In this document: positions 1-8,254 of the stretch, one piece after another
Layout of the letters: each line of letters starts with the position of its first letter
How positions within the stretch are numbered: position 1 is the first letter of the stretch
Virus record (IMG/VR): IMGVR_UViG_3300030329_002480
Span: 1 to 54,502 of that record
Reading direction: 5' to 3' (one strand)
Source: a virus
Taxonomy: Duplodnaviria > Caudoviricetes
DNA length: 54,502 nt
Program-made: the position numbers and the translations under genes
The notes under the pieces: generated by a model
The model's input: the letters and a program-made list of their open reading frames with translations, nothing else
What the model was told of the DNA's origin: nothing
Databases searched by the model: none

Positions 1-98
1 GTTTGAGATGCAGTTGATGGAAGCGGCAGCACGTAAACGTGCGTGGCTTGTAGAAACAATCCATGACTTACTCACTAGCGGACAGAAAGTGACCGTGT
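1..98 (+). repeat. Terminal direct repeat, left copy (circular assembly overlap)
   Basis: Bases 1-98 are identical to 54404-54501. The next base differs (T at 99, C at 54502). Confidence 0.95.
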
Positions 99-586
99 TT
101 ACGGGACGACGTAAAGACTGTGAGAAGTTATACGCGGCTATCGCAAAGAAGATGAAGAAGACAAACATCCCTGTCCTGTCTGGTCACGGAGGCGATTCGT
201 TAAAGGTGCGGCAGGAACTTGTAACTAAGTACGCGGAGCTCGAAACAGCGTGCGCGTTCGTCGGGACAACCGACGCATTCGGAGAGGCTATTGATGGATT
301 ACAGAACACCGACACCGTGTTCTTCGCGCTGCTCCCGTACACTCCGGGACAGATTGTTCAGGCCGAAGGTCGCTTTTCACGACATGGCTCGACAAGACCT
401 GTGCTCATCAGTTATGTCATCTGCGAGGGAACCGTAGACGAACACGTAGCAGACCTATTGCTGGCGAAGCTGGAAGCAGTTGAGGCGACATTAGGAGATG
501 AAGAGGCGGGCAATGTCGCAAGGACGCTCGCCGGAGAAGACGACGAAGAAGCCATTATCAACCAACTACTCACTATCAAGGGATAA
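1..586 (+). CDS. SF2/SNF2-like helicase, C-terminal part (continues from 53520 across the junction)
   Basis: HELICc-like motifs: TVFT, VGTTDAFGEAIDGLQ, QAEGRFSR. In frame with the ORF that starts at 53520. Confidence 0.9.
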   Translation, partial: FEMQLMEAAARKRAWLVETIHDLLTSGQKVTVFTGRRKDCEKLYAAIAKKMKKTNIPVLSGHGGDSLKVRQELVTKYAELETACAFVGTTDAFGEAIDGLQNTDTVFFALLPYTPGQIVQAEGRFSRHGSTRPVLISYVICEGTVDEHVADLLLAKLEAVEATLGDEEAGNVARTLAGEDDEEAIINQLLTIKG

Positions 587-589
587 AAA

Positions 590-850
590 ATGAAAGACCA
601 ATCAGCAACAGAAGAAGTTTTGAAGTTCCGCAAAGAACTGATGGACCTTGTAACTGAATCCGAGGCAACCAAAGGCGAACTAGTCGATGAGCTACTCGCT
701 GGGGTGGCGTCGTGTCTAGTGCTATTCAAGTGCGCTAGCTTCGGGCATGCATGTGAGCGACTAAAGACTCACATGGATATCTCTGGGCAGGTACTAGCCA
801 TAAGGGAGAACAACCCCTTCGGCTATCCGTCCGCGATTATCGACGCCTAG
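590..850 (+). CDS. Hypothetical protein, 86 aa
   Basis: Closely packed ORF between the helicase and the nuclease. Confidence 0.7.
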   Translation: MKDQSATEEVLKFRKELMDLVTESEATKGELVDELLAGVASCLVLFKCASFGHACERLKTHMDISGQVLAIRENNPFGYPSAIIDA

Positions 851-858
851 AGGTAGTT

Positions 859-1695
859 ATGAAACACCTGATCGATCCGGGCCCATCCCGCAAAGGATGG
901 CACCGGCTAGCTAAAGTGCTGCGTTGTCCTAGACTATATGCTCTGTCTTATTTGGTAGAGCATCGGACCTCCGACGAGCCTCCGGCTGAGCCCCTGATGA
1001 AGGGCTCTCTGATGCACATCGGGCTCGCGCACCATTACGCACAGAAGTCTGACCTGTTTGAAAACGAGGACATCTACTCACCGCAGGAAGCTATCGAAGT
1101 CTTAGCCCAGCAACAACCCGCTGGGCACCGCGCGGCATGGCAACGTCATGTCCCAGAGATACAGAGAACGCTAGCTGATTATCAGATTCATTGGTCAGGT
1201 GAGCAATGGAAGACTATTGCGATTGAGCATGAGCTTCTTGTCAACGTGTTTGATGAGGAGCGCAACAAGTCGTACCTGTACACACAACGTGTGGATGCCG
1301 TATGGGAACACCCCATGACGGGCAAGATTTACTTTGTAGACCACAAGACCGCCGGTCGGTTTACCTCGCGCACCCTTGGGGGCTACAGTATGAACGGACA
1401 GTTTCTTGGCTATCAGATGATAGGCGAGAGAATGTACAAGGACCGATGGGGAGGCGTACTGCTAAACGTCATCGAGTGGGGGAAAGGAGGGGGCTCTCCA
1501 ACATTTCAACAGATGCCCATCAACCCGGCACCGCACTCCGTCGTGCAGTTCCCGAATGCCATCATTAGAGCAGAGAGGACTATTCAAGACTATGAGAAAA
1601 CTCAGCCAGCAAAGTGGCCAGCAACGCATCAGGAATCGGCGTGCTGGGCATATCGTCAATGTCGATTCTATCAAACATGTCAGTGGGGGAAGTAG
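859..1695 (+). CDS. Cas4/RecB-like PD-(D/E)XK exonuclease with probable 4Fe-4S cluster
   Basis: N-terminal CPR, GSLMH, RVDAV...VDHKT, QFLGY, C-terminal C-x5-C-x5-C. GAGG RBS. Confidence 0.85.
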   Translation: MKHLIDPGPSRKGWHRLAKVLRCPRLYALSYLVEHRTSDEPPAEPLMKGSLMHIGLAHHYAQKSDLFENEDIYSPQEAIEVLAQQQPAGHRAAWQRHVPEIQRTLADYQIHWSGEQWKTIAIEHELLVNVFDEERNKSYLYTQRVDAVWEHPMTGKIYFVDHKTAGRFTSRTLGGYSMNGQFLGYQMIGERMYKDRWGGVLLNVIEWGKGGGSPTFQQMPINPAPHSVVQFPNAIIRAERTIQDYEKTQPAKWPATHQESACWAYRQCRFYQTCQWGK

Positions 1696-1698
1696 AAA

Positions 1699-2589
1699 AT
1701 GAATCTGTTTATTATCCTTTATGGTCCTGCCAAGACCGGCAAGACCTTATCCGCAATCGCATCTTGGCCTGATGCACTCGTCGTTGGGCCGGTGGGGGGT
1801 ACTCTCTCCAGTCGGTTCTTAAACCACGAGCCCAAGTTTATTCCGGTGGGAGACCAAATCACCGTGAAGCAGATTGGTGAGATTATCCAGAAGGCGCAGG
1901 ATGAATACCCGTGCATCATTATTGATGACTTTAGTATCATCTGTTCTTCTGAGCTCATGCTCTGTCAACAGTCCTTTAGGGGGTGGGATGCCAACAAGGA
2001 GTTCAATAGGCGCATCCGTGTGCTTAGGGACATCATCCGTAATGCTAACTGCCACGTCGTTCTTACGATGCATGAGCAAGCCCCTAAGGTCGTTGGCCAA
2101 GAGGGTGAGCAGAGGAAGCTACCGGGATGCCCTATGATTCCGGGGTGGCAACTACCAGAGCAGTTCCCGACACACGCCGACCTCGTAGCCAGAGTTATCT
2201 ACGATGAGGACGCACCGGGGAGTTGGCCTTACCTGTATCAGACTGGACCAGACGAGATTTACACTACAGGTGACCGTCTTGCCATCACACCCGAGAAGTT
2301 TCCCATGAATATCCGAGAGGCTCTCCTACTTGCGGGCATCGACGTCCCGCGCCCTGAGCCCTTGGCCTTTATGGAAGATTATATCCCGGTTATCGTCGAT
2401 GCGATCTCCGAGGAGATGGCCACCAAACGACCTTCACTTAAGAAGGTCTTCACACCGTTTGCCGAAAAAATGATAGAGGAGGGGATTGACACTCGGCACA
2501 TCCGCTGGATATTCAACGACGCTCTCCATAGAGAGCACTTGACCCGGCACAACAACAACCTGATTACTAACTTCATTAATACACTCTGA
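1699..2589 (+). CDS. Sak4-like / AAA_24 P-loop ATPase (recombinase)
   Basis: Walker A GPAKTGKT at the N-terminus, IIIDDFS Walker B, VVLTMHE. Located between nuclease and SSB-like genes. Confidence 0.8.
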   Translation: MNLFIILYGPAKTGKTLSAIASWPDALVVGPVGGTLSSRFLNHEPKFIPVGDQITVKQIGEIIQKAQDEYPCIIIDDFSIICSSELMLCQQSFRGWDANKEFNRRIRVLRDIIRNANCHVVLTMHEQAPKVVGQEGEQRKLPGCPMIPGWQLPEQFPTHADLVARVIYDEDAPGSWPYLYQTGPDEIYTTGDRLAITPEKFPMNIREALLLAGIDVPRPEPLAFMEDYIPVIVDAISEEMATKRPSLKKVFTPFAEKMIEEGIDTRHIRWIFNDALHREHLTRHNNNLITNFINTL

Positions 2590-2596
2590 GGAACAC

Positions 2597-3109
2597 ATGT
2601 TCAACTTTGACTTTACTTCTACTAGCATCAACCAGTCCCCAAGTAAGTCGGGTGTCTTCCCTGTGAAGATCACCGGCATCGAGGGCTACACGTCCAAAAG
2701 CGGCAATGCCCGCATTCGTATCCGCGCCGCAGTCTCTGAAGGCGAGTGCGAGGGATGCACCATCGTCGATGGCATCAACCTGCCCACCGAGGAGAACTCC
2801 AAGGTTAAAGGCATTTGGCTTCGGTTCTTCGCGTCTCTCGGCCTGACTCCGTCCGACGTGAAAGAGTCTTTCAGCAAAGACTACAAGAACCTTGACGATG
2901 CCGTTAAGCACATCAGTAAGGTGCTGATGGACCTCAAGGGCTACTGCTACTACGCGCCTGCCGTAGGAGAGGGAACATACCCTACGAAGAAGTGGCTCAC
3001 CTCAGCGCAAGCTGAAGGTGCGCGTGAGTCTTCCTCCGCTGGAACTGCCGCTAGTGGCAGCACAAACGCTGCGTCTGACGCTCTGAAGGACTTCATCAAC
3101 GTCCGTTGA
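2597..3109 (+). CDS. DUF669-like single-stranded DNA-binding protein
   Basis: G.FPVKIT...SKSGN pattern and low-complexity C-terminal tail. Typical position after Sak4. Confidence 0.65.
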   Translation: MFNFDFTSTSINQSPSKSGVFPVKITGIEGYTSKSGNARIRIRAAVSEGECEGCTIVDGINLPTEENSKVKGIWLRFFASLGLTPSDVKESFSKDYKNLDDAVKHISKVLMDLKGYCYYAPAVGEGTYPTKKWLTSAQAEGARESSSAGTAASGSTNAASDALKDFINVR

Positions 3110-3117
3110 TTCTTGCT

Positions 3118-3155
3118 GGGGGGTGCTTCACTGGTTGGGGCACCCCCCTTTTTTT
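3118..3155 (+). terminator. Rho-independent terminator
   Basis: Stem GGGGGGTGCTTCA / TGGGGCACCCCCC followed by T7, immediately after the SSB-like stop. Confidence 0.85.
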
Positions 3156-3165
3156 CGGGGGCGTT

Positions 3166-3360
3166 ATGAACTGTTGGCATTGTAAGACTGAACTAATCTG
3201 GGGTGGCGACCACGACGCGGAAGAGGATACCGAGGTCTTCACTATGGTCACCAACCTATCGTGCCCAAAGTGCAACTCACTTGTGTTGGTGTACTCTGGC
3301 GTAAAGGAGAATCTACCACCCGCCCGTATCGAACTAGGTGGGGATAACGATGGCGTTTGA
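3166..3360 (+). CDS. Small Zn-ribbon protein, 64 aa
   Basis: MNCWHC...LIWGGDHD...CPKC. The ATG at 3166 lies after the terminator, so I prefer it to the 3106 start. Confidence 0.7.
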   Translation: MNCWHCKTELIWGGDHDAEEDTEVFTMVTNLSCPKCNSLVLVYSGVKENLPPARIELGGDNDGV

Positions 3361-5821
3361 TAAAGCCAAGTGTGAGCAGTGCCCACTTAAAAAGCACTGG
3401 CAAAAGAAGAAGTGCTGGAGCCCCGTAGACTTCGAGCAGAGAGCGTCGGGGGACGGAGGCATACTCATCCTAGGGGAAGGACCGACAAAGACCGACATGA
3501 GCCTTGGGAGGCCATTCTCGGATATGTACGGGGCCGACCTACTAGATGCACTAAAGACCCTAGGGCTACGTCGAGAGGACGTGTCGTGGGGGCACGTTAT
3601 CGGATGCCGTTGGCCAAACGATGACCCAAAGACATACATTGCAAGGCTTCGCGCGTTGAACCGACGTCGAGCAAAGAAGTGGGGGAAGGGGCCTTTGCTT
3701 TCCCCCATCGAGGCGTGTCGTCAGCATACAGAGCACCATATGCAAAAGAGCGAAGCCATCCTCTCCTTGGGCTCGCTTGCGACCAAGGCAGTCTTTGGTA
3801 ACAACGTGAAGCTCGATGGTGTTCGTGGCGCACCTTCCTTTGTAGGGAAGACCAAGGTCGTACCATCGTACACACCGCAAGTTGTGAGGAAGAACCCTAG
3901 GTTTCGGGATGTGTTTCTTAGAGACTTGGCCAAGATGCTACGTCACTACAACGATGAGCTCCAATGGAAAGACCCAGAGGTTATCTACAATCCGACTTAT
4001 GAAGTAGCTAAGGAGTTCTTTGCGTCCGTCAAAGAGCAGGGCGACATACTGGTGTACGACGTTGAGACCGATGGTATCGACGCCCTGAGTACTGACCTGC
4101 GTTGCGTGGGTATCGGAACAAAAGACCGCGCACTCGTTATCGGATTTGTTAGCATCGACGGTGTCAGTCGCTTCTACTCTAAGGAAGACGAAGCACAGAT
4201 GAAGGACCTGTTGCGAGAGGTCTTTACCGACGAGACCTTCTTGAAGGGCGGACATAACGCTGGATACTTTGACCGGCTGGTTATCGAGCAACACCTAGGG
4301 GTCACGCCCCGTCCGCTGGTGGATAGCATACTTCTCCATAAGCTAGCGGCATCCGAACACCGACACAACCTAGGGTTCATCGGCTCGTATGAGCTCGACC
4401 TACCCGCGTGGAAGGCAGACCATACAGGGGTGGAGGCTAAGACCGACGAGGAGTTGCATGCGTACTGCGCGACGGACGTAGCGGTCACCGGACGTATCAT
4501 GCTCCCTGTTCGCCATCAGGCAGAGATGAGGCAACAACTCCACCTCTACTCCTTTGATGAGAAGATTCAGAACATCTGCGCGGGCATGCGTAGGATGGGC
4601 ATGAGGATTGACGAGGGTCGTCGGCTCGCGCACGAACAGGAGCAAGCCGAGTTGGTGGCACGACACCGCAAGGTGATGGAGAAGATGCACCCAGAGGTAC
4701 ATCCCAACTCGACTGCCCAGCTCAGGGAACTTCTCTTTACCGAGTGGGGGCTCCCCCCCTCTTCGTTTACACCTACGGGGGAGATCTCCGTTAACGCCGA
4801 TGCCTTACGTACACTCGCCACATCCCCCCTGCTTAGCGACAAACAACGTAAGTACGTGAAGTCTCTCCGCTTCTACCGCAGAGGGGAAAAGCTCCTGTCT
4901 ACTTACTTGCGTAAGTTAGCCCCCGGTGCTGGGCTGGTCCGTGACGGGTACGTCTACCCCAACTGGAACTCCCACGGCACTGTTACCGGTCGGTTGTCTA
5001 GCTCTGGGCCCAACTTCCAGAACATCCCTTACGCTCTGCGAGACATGTTTATCCCCCCGGAAGGGTGCGTGTTTGTTGGTGCTGACTATGACCAGTTAGA
5101 GCTTCGATACTGCTCTGGTCTGGCAGGCGCGGCACACTACCTCGATGCGTTTGAGAAACAGCTTATTGACCCACACAACCTGACCGGAGACCTCATGTTT
5201 GGGGAGAAGTTCTGGCAGGTGGAAGGAGCCCCGGAGACTAAGATGGGCAAGGGCACGGGGCAGTTTAAGCGGATGCGAAACCTCGCCAAAGCTATCTGCT
5301 TCGCTAGTCTCTACGGTGCGAGCGCACCCAAGATTCATGAGCTCGTGACCAGCACCGAGGACAATGATGGGAACCTCATCTACGCCCATTACACCCTCCA
5401 GCAAATCCGCGTCCTGCATCGCAGGTGGAAGCGGCAAGCACCGGAGTTCGCGAGGTGGTGGGCTAAGACGTTAAGATTTTGTAAAGAGAACGGGTATGTG
5501 GCGGAGTCGGTGTTAGGCAGGCGTCGTTATTTCCACAAGGAGGACTACAACGCTGTACTCAACTTCCCGGTGCAAGCCGGGGCGTTCAACGTGGTGGCGT
5601 TGTCGATGATTGATTTGGTAGAGAACCACCTGCCGTTCGACTTCAAGAACAAGATTGGCTTAGTGAATCAGCTTCATGATGCCGTCTTGTTCAGCGTACC
5701 GGTGGCGCAAGCCGAGGACGTAAAACAACTTGTTACTGAAACACTCACGAGACGGGTGGATGGTCTGCCCGTCACATTTACCGCAGAAGCAGAGATTGCA
5801 GAATCTTGGAGGGAAGCATGA
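3350..5821 (+). CDS. polA: Family A DNA polymerase with N-terminal family-4 UDG-like domain and 3'-5' exonuclease
   Basis: CEQCPL and GEGP (UDG-like); YDVETDG, HNAGYFD, YCATD (exonuclease); TGRLSS, DYDQLELR, RNLAKAICFASLYG, QLHDA (polymerase motifs). Confidence 0.95.
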   Translation: MAFDKAKCEQCPLKKHWQKKKCWSPVDFEQRASGDGGILILGEGPTKTDMSLGRPFSDMYGADLLDALKTLGLRREDVSWGHVIGCRWPNDDPKTYIARLRALNRRRAKKWGKGPLLSPIEACRQHTEHHMQKSEAILSLGSLATKAVFGNNVKLDGVRGAPSFVGKTKVVPSYTPQVVRKNPRFRDVFLRDLAKMLRHYNDELQWKDPEVIYNPTYEVAKEFFASVKEQGDILVYDVETDGIDALSTDLRCVGIGTKDRALVIGFVSIDGVSRFYSKEDEAQMKDLLREVFTDETFLKGGHNAGYFDRLVIEQHLGVTPRPLVDSILLHKLAASEHRHNLGFIGSYELDLPAWKADHTGVEAKTDEELHAYCATDVAVTGRIMLPVRHQAEMRQQLHLYSFDEKIQNICAGMRRMGMRIDEGRRLAHEQEQAELVARHRKVMEKMHPEVHPNSTAQLRELLFTEWGLPPSSFTPTGEISVNADALRTLATSPLLSDKQRKYVKSLRFYRRGEKLLSTYLRKLAPGAGLVRDGYVYPNWNSHGTVTGRLSSSGPNFQNIPYALRDMFIPPEGCVFVGADYDQLELRYCSGLAGAAHYLDAFEKQLIDPHNLTGDLMFGEKFWQVEGAPETKMGKGTGQFKRMRNLAKAICFASLYGASAPKIHELVTSTEDNDGNLIYAHYTLQQIRVLHRRWKRQAPEFARWWAKTLRFCKENGYVAESVLGRRRYFHKEDYNAVLNFPVQAGAFNVVALSMIDLVENHLPFDFKNKIGLVNQLHDAVLFSVPVAQAEDVKQLVTETLTRRVDGLPVTFTAEAEIAESWREA

Positions 5822-6795
5822 TTAAAACACTTGTTACTAACATCAAACGAAACGCCGACATGAGGTACCGATTCACACACCCACACGTCCTCGTGCTTGG
5901 GGACAATGGGTCGGGCAAGAGCTCACTCGTTCACGGCATTGAGCTCGCCTGCTTCGGGCAGGTGTTCGACGCCGCAGGCAAAGACATCAAGCTGAAGAGA
6001 CATCTTGAGTTCATGGTCGGACACAACGAAGAGGTCAACGCCTCTATCCTACTGGCTGACTGCGAGTCATACCGGTATGGCAACGACAAGCCCGATGTGC
6101 TGAACGCCATGCAGATGGCTACGTCAGCCCTGACTGGTGGGACCAATGGTCTCTGCCGGTTCTTGTTGAAGTACATGGACGAGGACATGCCCCTGTGTGT
6201 CACGTATCAGGGCTGGAGTGAGCAGGTGAAGCAGCACGGGTCATACCGCGCCGCACTTCTTCGGATGGAAGAGGTCGTAGGCAAGTCGCTTAGAAAGCAT
6301 CGCGCCACCATCAAAGAGCTCGACGTTGCTCTGAAGTACTCCCCACATGACGAAGACCTTCTTGCCCGTCGCGCCCAAGCGGTCCTGCACGAGGCTACGT
6401 CGAAAGACTTGTCCGCGCAGATCCAGAAGGAGATGCTGCGGTTTGTGGAGGAGGTCAGCAAAGGGCTGGAGGACCGCATGCTCCGCTACACACCGGACGG
6501 CATGGGCACACCCAAGCTCTTTATTCGAGGCAACGACGTCCGTATTGGATTCGCTGAGCGTCCCGTTCCATCAGGCGCGGAAGGCGTGGCACTAGCCCTC
6601 GCACTAGCGGCTGCGGTTTTGCCGATGGAGAAGAGTATTATCGTGTTTCCTGACCGGGCATATGATAAGAGGACACTAGGCAAGATGATGCGTGTCGCAC
6701 GCAGCATCCCTGCTTTTGGCGTGTACGTTCAATCCACAGTGCTTCCAGAACATTATGAGGCAGAGGAGTTGGGATGGCAGATAGTGAAGGTTTGA
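5818..6795 (+). CDS. Short SMC/Rad50-like ABC ATPase with a degenerate Walker B
   Basis: GDNGSGKSS Walker A, central coiled coil, PSGAE signature-like motif. ATGA overlap with polA. Confidence 0.65.
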   Translation: MIKTLVTNIKRNADMRYRFTHPHVLVLGDNGSGKSSLVHGIELACFGQVFDAAGKDIKLKRHLEFMVGHNEEVNASILLADCESYRYGNDKPDVLNAMQMATSALTGGTNGLCRFLLKYMDEDMPLCVTYQGWSEQVKQHGSYRAALLRMEEVVGKSLRKHRATIKELDVALKYSPHDEDLLARRAQAVLHEATSKDLSAQIQKEMLRFVEEVSKGLEDRMLRYTPDGMGTPKLFIRGNDVRIGFAERPVPSGAEGVALALALAAAVLPMEKSIIVFPDRAYDKRTLGKMMRVARSIPAFGVYVQSTVLPEHYEAEELGWQIVKV

Positions 6796-7322
6796 CCTCT
6801 AAGATTCTAACCGCGCTATCCGTATGGGCACCGTACCGCTACGGGGGGAAGGTGGATTTTCCGCCTGACGTCCGTGGCGTCCCATCCTCGCTTCTCCGCA
6901 CAGGAACCCGCTGTATCGACTGTTCGAGCTTTACGTGGGCCATTCTTTCTCAGGTATTCCCTGACCTTAAGTGGTCAACAAAGTACTATAAGAGATACCA
7001 GATGTGGGACCGCACCGATATGTGGGCCCCCATCCGGGTAGCAGAGGAGCTAGGCATTGGCAAAGACGAACACGGTGATGGGTGGTATTTGTATCAAGTG
7101 TGGAAGGGTGAGTGGGAAGGAGGACATTCCTTCCTTGGTCTCTCCCGTGGTGGTCGATTGCTTGTGCTGGAAGCGACGAAGAGCTGCCGGAACGGGTGCA
7201 ACCACGACGGGGTCGTGTGGCGCGGCATCGGACCAGCAGGACCAGAGCTCCCAGACATGCCCGAATACTGCGAGCACGAAGCCACCAGAGGGCTAGTCTT
7301 CGCTAAGACGAAGCTGGGCTAG
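6774..7322 (+). CDS. NlpC/P60-like cysteine hydrolase (candidate endolysin)
   Basis: PYRYGG...IDCSSFT (catalytic Cys) and GGHSFL (His). Confidence 0.75.
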   Translation: MADSEGLTSKILTALSVWAPYRYGGKVDFPPDVRGVPSSLLRTGTRCIDCSSFTWAILSQVFPDLKWSTKYYKRYQMWDRTDMWAPIRVAEELGIGKDEHGDGWYLYQVWKGEWEGGHSFLGLSRGGRLLVLEATKSCRNGCNHDGVVWRGIGPAGPELPDMPEYCEHEATRGLVFAKTKLG

Positions 7323-7687
7323 TTGTAGACGAACGTGAGCCCGCAGGCATTGCTGGGTGCGGCTGGACTTCCCGCAGAGTTACTCGCAGTCGTCGTGGCG
7401 ACGTATGAAATACCTGTTCCCAAGGCGAGGCCCATGGGGATAGACACGTACTCTTTCGTGGCTCCCGCAGCCTTGACAATAATCGAGGGCTCCGTAGTGC
7501 CCAAAGTCACCGAGGTGGCCTCGTAAATCTTGAGGTAGGTGACCGCTGAGTTAGCCGTGTTGTCGAACTCAATGTGAAAGATTGTACTTGAGCCGGAGAC
7601 TGCGTTGACGGCGCTGTTGCTGGCCGCTGTGTCCGTGTACCGTTTCCCGCCAATCGGGTTTGAAATAGTAACCGTTGTCGTAGCCAT
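7319..7687 (-). CDS. Small beta-rich virion protein (paralog A)
   Basis: Ser/Thr/Ala-rich, motif YLKIYE...GTTEP, at the end of the structural operon. Confidence 0.65.
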   Translation of the reverse strand: MATTTVTISNPIGGKRYTDTAASNSAVNAVSGSSTIFHIEFDNTANSAVTYLKIYEATSVTLGTTEPSIIVKAAGATKEYVSIPMGLALGTGISYVATTTASNSAGSPAAPSNACGLTFVYN

Positions 7688-7695
7688 CTAGTCCC

Positions 7696-8073
7696 TCACT
7701 TAAACACAAAGAGTAGGTTCGCGTATGCGGCACCGAGGTTGCTTCCCTTGGTTGTACCTGCACCTTGGCTGGCGCTATAGCCTAGCCCGTTGCTAAACGT
7801 GATGCCTTCAGGGAACAGGAACACCTGCCGTGTGTTGGTAACAACGCGGAACTCAAAGTCAGGGACAGTGGTTCCGTTAGTTACCGCAGCCACAGTATCG
7901 TACAGCTTCAGATACCCACTGGATGAACTCCCTGCGGTGTTATCCACGTAGATAGCGTACAGCTTACCAGAGGTACCCGCAGCGTTGTTCCGAGCGGTAG
8001 AACCGTCGAGCCCCGTGTCTTTGATGTACCGGAAGTCGATCCCGGTAAACTGGTTGTTGACTGTGATTGCCAT
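7696..8073 (-). CDS. Small beta-rich virion protein (paralog B)
   Basis: Motif YLKLYD...GTTVP, similar to 7319-7687. Confidence 0.65.
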   Translation of the reverse strand: MAITVNNQFTGIDFRYIKDTGLDGSTARNNAAGTSGKLYAIYVDNTAGSSSSGYLKLYDTVAAVTNGTTVPDFEFRVVTNTRQVFLFPEGITFSNGLGYSASQGAGTTKGSNLGAAYANLLFVFK

Positions 8074-8076
8074 TGA

Positions 8077-8253
8077 TTACCCCATGATTTCGTCGAGATA
8101 CTCGCTGATCTCTTCAAGCAAAACTGCGATAATCAAATCCCGCTCACGATCACTAATCTTGCCGTCGTCAGACAGGGCGCTAGTAATCTCTCGGCCAACC
8201 CGAAGGATGCGGGAAGCGAGTGCGAAGATATTAAACTTACCTTTCTTTGCCAT
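8077..8253 (-). CDS. Small protein, 58 aa, with cationic amphipathic N-terminus (possible lysis accessory)
   Basis: MAKKGKFNIFALASRILRVG...DDGKISDRE. ATG at 8253 with GGAG RBS. Confidence 0.6.
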   Translation of the reverse strand: MAKKGKFNIFALASRILRVGREITSALSDDGKISDRERDLIIAVLLEEISEYLDEIMG

Positions 8254-8254
8254 G

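Noticed and set aside
1-98. Biological direct terminal repeat
   Set aside because: It falls mid-gene and has a k-mer-like length, so an assembly overlap is more likely.
859-1695. CRISPR-Cas system suggested by the Cas4-like gene
   Set aside because: No repeat-spacer array or other cas genes seen. The context is a recombination module.
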